Source: an uncultured Porphyromonadaceae bacterium
GTDB taxonomy: Bacteria > Bacteroidota > Bacteroidia > Bacteroidales > Muribaculaceae
Length of the DNA: 35,198 nucleotides
Assembly: GCA_947174515.1 (NCBI GenBank)
Contig: CAMWJD010000001.1
Coordinates: 1-35,198 of the forward strand
Direction: 5' to 3'
Under the pieces are notes generated by a model, which was not told where the DNA came from, did not search any database, and saw only the letters and a program-made list of their open reading frames with translations. Made by a program: the position numbers and the translations under genes. This document shows positions 27,539 to 35,198 of this stretch, piece by piece (the first letter of the stretch is position 1; each line of letters starts with the position of its first letter).

Positions 27539-28186
27539 ATGAAAAAATTTCAACTCAAGGCTGAGGCTCGTGAAAACCTTGGCAAGAAGGCTGTAAAAGC
27601 AATCCGCAACGAAGGTAAAATTCCGGCAGTCCTCAATGGTGGCAAACTTGTAGAGCTTCCCTATAACGGTAATCTCGAAGCAGGTGAAAAGCTTGTAGAA
27701 CTTGACAGCAAACGTGGTATCATCACTACTGATATCGTGGTTAAGTCTGAGGATGTGCGCAAGCTCATCTATACTCCTGAGATTTTCGAAATTGATCTTG
27801 AACTTAACGGTAAGGTTCGTAAGGCCATTATGAAAGACCTCTCTTTCCAGCCTGTGAAAGATACAGTTCTTCACATTGATTTCCTTGAGGTTTATCCTGA
27901 CAAGCCAATCATCATGGAAGTTCCTGTTAAGATCGAAGGTCACGCTGAGGGTGTAAAAGCCGGTGGTAAGCTTCAGCTCTCGATGCGTAAGCTGAAAGTG
28001 AAAGCTCTTTACACTGAAATCCCTGAGCAGCTTGTGGTTAATGTCGACCACCTTGGCCTTGGCAAGTCTCTCGCAGTGGGCGACCTCCACTTTGAAGGTC
28101 TTGAGCTCATGAACGCCAAGAATGCTGTTGTCTGTGCTGTTCAGCTCACAAGAGCAGCTCGTGGTGCTGCTGCAAAGGCAGAATAA
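27539..28186 (+). CDS. rplY: 50S ribosomal protein L25/Ctc (long form)
   Basis: GKKAVKAIRNEGKIPAVL, QPVKDTVLHIDF, GVKAGG; biased codon usage typical of highly expressed genes; upstream of pth. Confidence 0.95.
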   Translation: MKKFQLKAEARENLGKKAVKAIRNEGKIPAVLNGGKLVELPYNGNLEAGEKLVELDSKRGIITTDIVVKSEDVRKLIYTPEIFEIDLELNGKVRKAIMKDLSFQPVKDTVLHIDFLEVYPDKPIIMEVPVKIEGHAEGVKAGGKLQLSMRKLKVKALYTEIPEQLVVNVDHLGLGKSLAVGDLHFEGLELMNAKNAVVCAVQLTRAARGAAAKAE

Positions 28187-28210
28187 TTACGGCGTATTCA
28201 GAAAAATTTC

Positions 28211-28243
28211 GGGCGATATGGAATTTCCATATCGCCTTTGTTT
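28211..28243 (+). terminator. Hairpin/terminator between rplY and pth
   Basis: GGGCGATATGG-aattt-CCATATCGCCT followed by TTGTTT. Confidence 0.75.
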
Positions 28244-28267
28244 CACTTTCCGATTCCTGTTTATATC

Positions 28268-28909
28268 ATGCGTCTTTGGAATCATATAGCCGGACTTTTT
28301 CAAAAGAAATCAGATAGGGAAATAGATCCGGTTCAAAACATTTCTACTATGAAAAAATATCTTATTGTCGGGCTTGGAAATATTGGGCCTGACTATGTTG
28401 GAACACGTCATAATGCCGGTTTTATGGTAGTGGATGTGCTTGCTGAGCGCTCAGCAGCTGTTTGGAAATCGTGCAGATATGGCGACATGGCTACTGTGAA
28501 AATCAAGAATTGCGAGCTCCTGCTGCTTAAGCCATCCACTTTCATGAATCTAAGTGGCGTTGCCGTCCGTTATTGGATGAATCATGAGAAACTGCCACTG
28601 GAAAATCTTCTGGTAGTTGTGGATGATTTAGCCCTGCCCTTCGGCTCAATAAGGTTGAAGCAACGTGGTTCGGACGGTGGACATAATGGCTTAAAGAACA
28701 TTGCTTCTGAACTTGGGAATGTCAACTATGCGCGGCTTCGAATAGGAGTGGGAAATGAATTTACACGAGGACATCAGATAGACTACGTTCTGGGTGTATT
28801 TTCTCCTGAGGAGCGAACGCAACTTCCGGCCATCCTTGACAAAGCGGCCGACTGCGTTTCTGCATACTGCCTGTCCGGACCGGCATTTGCCATGAATCAT
28901 TTCAACTAA
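28268..28909 (+). CDS. pth: Peptidyl-tRNA hydrolase (start at ATG 28268 or ATG 28349)
   Basis: LIVGLGNIG, TRHNAGF, KPSTFMNLSG, GGHNGLK, RLRIGVG. The track's TTG start at 28238 lies in the terminator tail and is unlikely. Confidence 0.95.
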   Translation: MRLWNHIAGLFQKKSDREIDPVQNISTMKKYLIVGLGNIGPDYVGTRHNAGFMVVDVLAERSAAVWKSCRYGDMATVKIKNCELLLLKPSTFMNLSGVAVRYWMNHEKLPLENLLVVVDDLALPFGSIRLKQRGSDGGHNGLKNIASELGNVNYARLRIGVGNEFTRGHQIDYVLGVFSPEERTQLPAILDKAADCVSAYCLSGPAFAMNHFN

Positions 28910-28942
28910 TGATTTGTCTCAAAATAAAGCGGCCTATAAATA

Positions 28943-28980
28943 TTTAAACCTCGTCTCAAAAACTTGAGGCGAGGTTTAAA
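28943..28980. terminator. Probable bidirectional terminator between convergent genes
   Basis: 17-bp inverted repeat TTTAAACCTCGTCTCAA-aaac-TTGAGGCGAGGTTTAAA with one G-U pair. Confidence 0.75.
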
Positions 28981-29016
28981 ATTCGTAATCGATTGAATTT
29001 TTAGAAGAGTTCTAAT

Positions 29017-29652
29017 TTATTTTATGACTTTCAACTGAGAGTTTTTTCCCTTTTTGACCACATATAATCCCTTGCTTGGCGAGTCAACCTTATATCCGTC
29101 GATAGTATAATATTGAGGCACTACATTTGCGTCTTCATCTATCACGGAAACTGCAGCGTCCGGTGCCGGAAGGAACTTAACGGTGAATTCGAAAGATTTG
29201 AAATTGTAGTTGATTTGCACTTTAATTTCTCCCGCTTCTTTCGGAAGAACGCTTGTGGTCAATGAATTCAGTTCTCCATGTATTTGAAGATCTTGCGGAG
29301 TAGTACCTATCGTTCCTTCAGCAGAAACACTTCCGCCGGGAACAGAATATTGACAGTTATACGGCCAGCAAAACTGCACGTAATCGGTATTTTCAGCAGC
29401 TGACATTGTGACCTTAATTGGCATTTCTCCTGACAGGGAAGCTACTTCAATATGAGGATACCATGCATAATATATTCCGGCACCATACTCACTGTAGTCT
29501 TCTACTGTACATTCTACTTCATATGTGCCGTTATTCACTACGTCTTTTCCATTGGTAGTCACTTTGATGTCTTGTCCCATCGCTACATTGGATATTAGCG
29601 CTAATGCTGCGACAAATGCCATCGTAAATTTCTTCTTTGTAAATTTAATCAT
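29017..29652 (-). CDS. Small secreted protein with a T9SS-type C-terminal sorting domain
   Basis: SPI signal ending AMG-Q; beta-rich domain containing FCWPYNC; tail AVSVI...YYTIDGYKV..PSKGLYVVK.G....KVIK. Confidence 0.75.
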   Translation of the reverse strand: MIKFTKKKFTMAFVAALALISNVAMGQDIKVTTNGKDVVNNGTYEVECTVEDYSEYGAGIYYAWYPHIEVASLSGEMPIKVTMSAAENTDYVQFCWPYNCQYSVPGGSVSAEGTIGTTPQDLQIHGELNSLTTSVLPKEAGEIKVQINYNFKSFEFTVKFLPAPDAAVSVIDEDANVVPQYYTIDGYKVDSPSKGLYVVKKGKNSQLKVIK

Positions 29653-29773
29653 AATATTTTTTTTTCGTTGTTAATATCTCAAATCTTGAGACGTGTCTGA
29701 ACACCTTGCAAATCAGTAACTGCTTAGCTATATTTAGCGAAAATGTGTTAGCTGAGTAGCTGCGTATATAGTG

Positions 29774-29781
29774 CAAAGTTA
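29774..29781 (-). promoter_or_regulatory. -7 promoter element for the secreted-protein gene
   Basis: TAACTTTG on the minus strand. Confidence 0.6.
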
Positions 29782-29830
29782 CTAAAAAAAAATCCATCAT
29801 ACAAAATTTAATTAACTTTTTTGTCATAAA

Positions 29831-29862
29831 TTTGTAGAAACTACTATTTATTAGTAAATTTG
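29831..29862 (+). promoter_or_regulatory. Sigma-70 promoter for the GH51 gene
   Basis: TTTG (29831-29834), 20-nt spacer, TAAATTTG (29855-29862). Confidence 0.75.
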
Positions 29863-29878
29863 TTAAAAATTTAATATC

Positions 29879-32374
29879 ATGAAAAAAATTCAATATTTAA
29901 AGCTGTCATTATCTTTAGTATTAGGACTTGCCGGTGGAAACATGGCGGTTTCCGGAAATCCTGCGGAAATATTGGCGTTCTCATTGCCGGATGGAAGTGG
30001 AGGCCTCAAACTTGCCTATCGCGCATCATCAGATAAAGCCTGGAGTTCAATCGGTAACAACCATTCATTTCTCGGTTCTGATTTCGGTGTTTGGGGAAAG
30101 GGGAAAAAAATGTATAATGTCCGCATCGGGCAAGATGATAACGGCACTTATTGGATAATCTTTAATCCTGATAAAAATGGAGAAGTAATTGCATTTACTT
30201 CCAGTCCTGATTTCGAACATTGGAAGCCTCAGGAATATCGCCGTAGCGATTCCGACTTTATGTCAGAAATCCCGTCGTCAGTGGTTTTCAAAGAACTGAC
30301 TGACGCTTCAGTTCAAAATCAAGAAGTCAGAGGATCTATAATGACGGTGGACTCTGATTTGATCGACAGGCTTAATGGATACATCCATTTCCAATCTATT
30401 AAAAATGCAAAAAATGATGAAAGGACCGATCAGGATGCATGGCGTTTCAAAGATCTGAAACCTCTGACTGCTAACGTTACTCTCGACAGGAATGGTGCGA
30501 AGCCAATCAGCGATAAATTTATAGGTGTCTTTTTTGAAGATATAAATTATGGTGCCGATGGCGGTCTATATGCCGAACTCATTCAGAATCGCGACTTTGA
30601 GTATTCAAATACTGATCGCAAGGAGTGGTCGCCGCTTTCTTATTGGGATACTTCGGATTTGGATGTCACTATCTCCACGAATGATCCGATACATCTTAAT
30701 AATAGTCATTACGCAGTTTGCAAAACTAATAATCGACAGGGTAGCCTGTCAAATAATGGCTTCGATGGCATTGTGCTAAAAAAAGGAGAAAAATATCTGT
30801 TTTCTCTGTTTGCGGGCGCAGATGCCAGGACTCCGGTTAAAATAATTCTCCATGATAAGGACGGTAAGATATTAGCTGAAACAAAATTGACAGTGCCGGC
30901 AGGAAATTCGTGGAAAAAACTTGAGGCGATCCTTACGTCGAAGGCAGACTGCAGCAATGCAACATTGAAGATTGAAATTCCAAAGGCAAGTGAAGTTAAA
31001 CTTGACATGATTTCTCTTTTCCCTGAAAAGACATTCATGGGAAGAAGAAATGGTCTGCGTCAAGATCTCGCTCAGACCCTCGCCGACCTCAAACCACGTT
31101 TCATGCGTTTTCCTGGCGGTTGTGTCAGCCATGGCAATGGTGTTGATAATATTTATGATTGGAAAGGCTCTGTAGGTCCTCTTGAATCAAGAAAACCACT
31201 GAGAAATCTCTGGGGTTATCATCAAACGCGCGGGCTCGGTTTTTATGAATATTTCCAGTTCTGTGAAGATCTTGGAATGGAGCCACTACCTGTCCTGGCT
31301 GCCGGAGTTCCATGTCAGAATTCATCAATATCCTCTCATCACAGCCATGATGTTCTGACTTCCAATGGTCAGCAATGTGGTATTCCGATGGATGAAATGC
31401 CCGGTTATATAGAAGATATTCTTGATCTTGTAGAGTATGCTAATGGCCCTGCCGATTCGGAATGGGGTAAACTGCGCGCCGAAGCCGGACATCCGGAACC
31501 ATTCAATATGAAATATATTGGCATCGGCAACGAAGACCTGATAAGCGAGGCTTTTAAGACACGCTTCAAGATGATTCGTGATGCTGTAAATGAAAAATAT
31601 CCGGATATTATCGTTGTTGGCACTGTCGGGCCATTCTTTGAAGGCTCCGACTATGACGAAGGTTGGGATTTTGCCCGCAAGGAAAATGTAGAGATTGTAG
31701 ATGAACATTACTATGTCGCTCCGGGATGGTATGTCAACAATCGCGATTTCTACGACAAGTATGATCGAAAGGGCCCAAAAGTGTATTTAGGAGAATACGC
31801 ATCCCACTATCCGGGACGTGAATCCAATCTTGAATGTGCGCTTTCCATCGCTCTGTATCTTACAGATGTGGAGAGAAATGCCGATGTGGTCACCATGACT
31901 TCTTATGCTCCGCTTTTGTCAAAGAAAGGTCGCACTCAATGGCGCCCGGATCTTATCTATTTTGACAACGAGAGCATATCATTATCTCCCGACTATTATG
32001 TGCAGCAGCAGTATGGAGCTAATTCAGGAAATACATATGTGCCTTCTTCTATAAGATTGCAGGAAAAATGCTGTGGGAAATGTGGAAAATCTCCTAAGGA
32101 AATCACAAACGATGATGTGACAAACAGATTCGGAATCTCCACAGTAATTGATGAAAAATCAGGCGATACCATTCTTAGAATCGCCAATATGCTTCCGGTC
32201 GGAATTGACGTAAATCTCGACGGTTATCCTTCGGGCATGGCCGAAGTGTCTGTTTTATCAGGCAATCCACGTGATACTAAAGTCGTCCCCGTTGTTTCTA
32301 AATCTGAAATTAATGGCTCTGTCAATGTGCCTGCCTATTCATTCACTGTAGTAAGAATATTTTCAAATAAATAG
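29879..32374 (+). CDS. Alpha-L-arabinofuranosidase, GH51, secreted
   Basis: FFEDINYGADGGLYAELIQNRDFE, FMRFPGGC, acid/base GIGNE, DEHYY, nucleophile LGEYA, YAPLL; N-terminal signal peptide. Confidence 0.92.
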   Translation: MKKIQYLKLSLSLVLGLAGGNMAVSGNPAEILAFSLPDGSGGLKLAYRASSDKAWSSIGNNHSFLGSDFGVWGKGKKMYNVRIGQDDNGTYWIIFNPDKNGEVIAFTSSPDFEHWKPQEYRRSDSDFMSEIPSSVVFKELTDASVQNQEVRGSIMTVDSDLIDRLNGYIHFQSIKNAKNDERTDQDAWRFKDLKPLTANVTLDRNGAKPISDKFIGVFFEDINYGADGGLYAELIQNRDFEYSNTDRKEWSPLSYWDTSDLDVTISTNDPIHLNNSHYAVCKTNNRQGSLSNNGFDGIVLKKGEKYLFSLFAGADARTPVKIILHDKDGKILAETKLTVPAGNSWKKLEAILTSKADCSNATLKIEIPKASEVKLDMISLFPEKTFMGRRNGLRQDLAQTLADLKPRFMRFPGGCVSHGNGVDNIYDWKGSVGPLESRKPLRNLWGYHQTRGLGFYEYFQFCEDLGMEPLPVLAAGVPCQNSSISSHHSHDVLTSNGQQCGIPMDEMPGYIEDILDLVEYANGPADSEWGKLRAEAGHPEPFNMKYIGIGNEDLISEAFKTRFKMIRDAVNEKYPDIIVVGTVGPFFEGSDYDEGWDFARKENVEIVDEHYYVAPGWYVNNRDFYDKYDRKGPKVYLGEYASHYPGRESNLECALSIALYLTDVERNADVVTMTSYAPLLSKKGRTQWRPDLIYFDNESISLSPDYYVQQQYGANSGNTYVPSSIRLQEKCCGKCGKSPKEITNDDVTNRFGISTVIDEKSGDTILRIANMLPVGIDVNLDGYPSGMAEVSVLSGNPRDTKVVPVVSKSEINGSVNVPAYSFTVVRIFSNK

Positions 32375-32490
32375 CTCGCATTTATCATATCATTAATTTT
32401 TGCGAGCTACTTAACATATCAAATATGAATATGAAGGGAAACGCAGTGTCCGTTATGATTAATTTCTGTTGATGAATTAAAGGTAAGAGT

Positions 32491-32537
32491 AATATCTTTA
32501 GAACCCATCTCAAATCGAAATGGGTTCTAAAGATATT
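32491..32537. repeat. Perfect 18-bp inverted repeat, probably a terminator between convergent genes
   Basis: AATATCTTTAGAACCCAT-11 nt-ATGGGTTCTAAAGATATT, ending 8 nt from the M64 stop codon. Confidence 0.8.
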
Positions 32538-32545
32538 CTGGTTAT

Positions 32546-33874
32546 TTATTTAGCGGTGTAAAATTCAATTACTCTGCTTATTGCTCTTTCGCATACCGGA
32601 CAAAACTTAGGATTGTGGTTGTCTCTCATTCGACAAGTCTCAACCGGCCGATATACTCCCTTTGACTTGTAACCTCCTCCTTCAAATACTCCTACCACTA
32701 CTTCCTTATTCATGTCTTCCCGGGCAGCGTTTTTCATTCTGTCTTCCCGTTTTCCACCTTTATCGGTCCAAGGAGTAGGAATTTGAACTCCGGGAGTCAG
32801 AAGATCTTTCCATTTGGAATCAAAGTCCACCAAAGTGGTGATATTCTCTTGCCATGGCTCTATATCCAGAGGATAAGTGTCGTCTTCCTCTTCAGTATAG
32901 AAATATTCATCTGCAAGTCCGGCAAAACTGTGACCGAATTCATGCACAGCCACAGGAAGTGTCAGTTTGTGATCAGATGTCGCTATCTGGTAGCAGTTGT
33001 GGATACCACCACCACCATATTCAGGAGTGTTGACAAGCACGAGTACATGTTCGTAGGGTATTCCTTCCAAAGCCCGGTGAAGTCTCCATACTCTGGGAGT
33101 GGTTAGATAGCGTGCGGAATAAAAAGTGCTGAAATGAGATTCAAATGCTGTGTCTTTCCATTGATTCTTTAACGGAACGCTGACACCACTTTCCTTCGAT
33201 GGAGTCATCACAGCCACAACATTGAATTTGTCTTTATTTGAAGCAAAGGGCTCATAACTCAATATTTCTTCGGCAATGATTTTTGCTTTATTAAAGAATG
33301 TATCCATTTCTTCTTCTCGATATCCTTCTGCAAGAAATGCTATGTCAATAGCCTCAGTGGGATCACCTCCTTTATGTATATATTTATGAGCAATAGGATC
33401 TAATCCCCGCAATGCCACCAATTCATCATCAGGGCGATAACGATGTGAAATTCTTCCTATTTCTTCATGACGGTTGCCTCGCAGACTGACAGTGATATCA
33501 GCTTCTTTTTTGGGAAGCGGCACAAGGAAGGAATTTTCGAATCCCATATTTTTCTCCTTTGCTTCCGGTGTATAAATCCACTCTTGAAAAAGAGATGAGA
33601 ATGTGTTGCGATAGAGAGTGTCTCCATTCTCCGGATCAGTTACCAAAATAGTGCCGTTGCCGGCCACGGGCACGTCTTTAAGTCTGTTGTGTCTTCCGGC
33701 CCATCCTGCTTGTTTTGACTGCGATTCCATCATCAATTTTATCCCATCCGGACCGCCTCCGAATATATAGTCTACCCTCAATGTGCTGTCACAGAAATGC
33801 TTATAAAAATCTGCAGCGTGCAATCCTGCAGCAGACGCAACAAAAAAAGCTGTAAATATCAGTTTTAGTTTCAT
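32546..33874 (-). CDS. M64-family (IgA peptidase-like) zinc metallopeptidase
   Basis: Signal peptide; TLRVDYIFGG N-domain; AEGY; YGGGG; HEFGHSFAGLADEY; CRMR...FCPVC. Confidence 0.92.
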   Translation of the reverse strand: MKLKLIFTAFFVASAAGLHAADFYKHFCDSTLRVDYIFGGGPDGIKLMMESQSKQAGWAGRHNRLKDVPVAGNGTILVTDPENGDTLYRNTFSSLFQEWIYTPEAKEKNMGFENSFLVPLPKKEADITVSLRGNRHEEIGRISHRYRPDDELVALRGLDPIAHKYIHKGGDPTEAIDIAFLAEGYREEEMDTFFNKAKIIAEEILSYEPFASNKDKFNVVAVMTPSKESGVSVPLKNQWKDTAFESHFSTFYSARYLTTPRVWRLHRALEGIPYEHVLVLVNTPEYGGGGIHNCYQIATSDHKLTLPVAVHEFGHSFAGLADEYFYTEEEDDTYPLDIEPWQENITTLVDFDSKWKDLLTPGVQIPTPWTDKGGKREDRMKNAAREDMNKEVVVGVFEGGGYKSKGVYRPVETCRMRDNHNPKFCPVCERAISRVIEFYTAK

Positions 33875-33943
33875 TATTCTATGTCATTAGAGATGTTATC
33901 AAGAAGAAAAAATATTTATTTTTTTGAATGTCTTTATTGAAGT

Positions 33944-34861
33944 TTATCGATCGATCCGTGGGGCAGCTTTCGAAATGGTTACAAGATAGACTCCGGTGAA
34001 GATCAATACGACAGCAATTGCTTTTGGAATATTGAAATGGTCAAGTCCAAGAAATATTCCCACGAGGGTCGCAACTATGGGTTGGACGTAATTGTACATT
34101 CCCACAATAGTGGGCCGCAGGTTTTTCTGTCCAATCATTATGAAAATATAGGCGAGATAAGTGGCAAAAATGACTACATAGCACACTCCTATCCATTCCG
34201 GGATGGATATTGCACTCCAATCCGTGATTTTTATGAAACTTATGGTAGATGGCAACCCGACTATAGCTGCAGACAGGAACATCCATTTCATCAGGGTAAC
34301 AAGGGAGTATTTCTTTATGAAGTTTCTGTATAGGGTCAGATAAAGGGCGTAAGATAGCTGAGCCATAAGCACTATAAAGTCTCCTAAAGCCGGATTGTCA
34401 CCACCGGTTATGGCTCCTTTTCCACCCAAGACGAGTATGAGGGCTCCGGCCGCTCCGAGTGCGATGCCTCCCGCTTTCTTCAATGTTATCGGTTCGTGAA
34501 GTATCAGCCAGGCAAGCAACATGACCCACATAGGCATGGTAGTCGTGACGAGCGAAGCCTCCCCCGGCGATGTATAACTGACTCCTATTATAAAACAACC
34601 CTGATTAAGGAGGATTCCTATCATTCCTGCACCGAAAAGACGCAGCTTGTCAATTGTCGGGACATGTTCGTGAACAGTGAACAGGGATGTGATCCAGAAC
34701 AGCAGGGCGGCCCCGGCAATTCGGAAATCCACCATGATGATCGGTGCAATAATTCCGGATGCGAACACAAGTTTAGCGACCGGCGACATTAGTCCCCAGC
34801 ATACATTTGCCCCCAACATAGCCATATGTCCCTTAAAATTCAGATCTCCAATATTCTTCAT
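33944..34861 (-). CDS. DMT/EamA-family transporter
   Basis: About 10 transmembrane segments in two EamA repeats; ILHEPITLKK and YNYVQPIVA motifs. Confidence 0.92.
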   Translation of the reverse strand: MKNIGDLNFKGHMAMLGANVCWGLMSPVAKLVFASGIIAPIIMVDFRIAGAALLFWITSLFTVHEHVPTIDKLRLFGAGMIGILLNQGCFIIGVSYTSPGEASLVTTTMPMWVMLLAWLILHEPITLKKAGGIALGAAGALILVLGGKGAITGGDNPALGDFIVLMAQLSYALYLTLYRNFIKKYSLVTLMKWMFLSAAIVGLPSTISFIKITDWSAISIPEWIGVCYVVIFATYLAYIFIMIGQKNLRPTIVGMYNYVQPIVATLVGIFLGLDHFNIPKAIAVVLIFTGVYLVTISKAAPRIDR

Positions 34862-34949
34862 AGTCTTACCTGCAAATCATTAGATGGGCGCTAAAAGAGT
34901 TGTCAATACTCTTTGTATTGTAGTCAAGTTACTTCACTCGTTTATTTTG

Positions 34950-34981
34950 CAAAATTAATGATTTTAGTTTAACCTGACAAA
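34950..34981 (-). promoter_or_regulatory. Sigma-70 promoter for the EamA gene
   Basis: Minus strand TTTG (34978-34981), 20-nt spacer, TAATTTTG (34950-34957). Confidence 0.75.
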
Positions 34982-35151
34982 TTAATGGTGTGTGAATTGA
35001 AAAATCAACTCAAATCCCCCCCCCGGCTCTCCATTTTATGAGATGGGCTATAATTGTAATCTCAATTTCTTTTTTGATGCGGGAGGGACCGACGTACACA
35101 GATCTCTTCCGCTTTTCTTCCTCTCTTTCCATATAATTTTCGAGAAAAGTT

Positions 35152-35181
35152 TTTGTAAGTCTGAATTATTTATTAATTTTG
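35152..35181 (+). promoter_or_regulatory. Promoter for a gene beyond the window
   Basis: TAATTTTG at 35174-35181 with TTTG 18 nt upstream. Confidence 0.55.
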
Positions 35182-35198
35182 TAGACAGAAGAGTCCTC

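Noticed and set aside
27533-28090. 185-aa antisense ORF over rplY
   Set aside because: It is the in-register antisense frame expected from the strong codon bias of a highly expressed gene.
28238-28267. TTG start of pth given in the ORF track
   Set aside because: It sits in the T-tail of the rplY terminator; downstream ATGs at 28268 and 28349 are more plausible.
29645-29893. 82-aa minus-strand ORF across the divergent promoter region
   Set aside because: It is a low-complexity AT-rich translation that overlaps two consensus promoters and both flanking start codons.
32372-32409. 9-bp inverted repeats as an invertible (phase-variable) promoter
   Set aside because: The 20-nt interior is too short, holds no complete promoter and lies between convergent 3' ends; no recombinase is nearby.

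Overview
This is a core-chromosome segment of a Bacteroidales bacterium. The assignment rests on repeated TTTG-N19-21-TAnnTTTG sigma-70 promoters and Bacteroidetes-type proteins; a Muribaculaceae/Prevotella-like gut lineage is my inference. Gene order: tandem tRNA-Gln(CTG) pair; dapA-dnaG-ABC exporter; recJ-recQ-umuC-like operon; MltF-like lytic transglycosylase; heavy-metal RND efflux trio (-); surface lipoprotein plus outer-membrane beta-barrel pair (-); holB-nucleotidyltransferase-galE (-), divergent from an AddB-like nuclease; rplY-pth; a small T9SS-type secreted protein (-); GH51 arabinofuranosidase; M64 peptidase and EamA transporter (-). I found no mobile element, CRISPR array or defence island. 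The best leads are a three-hairpin 5' leader of rplY in front of an L25 carrying an internal duplication, an orphan UmuC with a remodelled C-terminus in an operon with recJ and recQ, and the stand-alone lipoprotein/beta-barrel operon of unknown function. All calls come from reading motifs by eye; no searches or folding were run.
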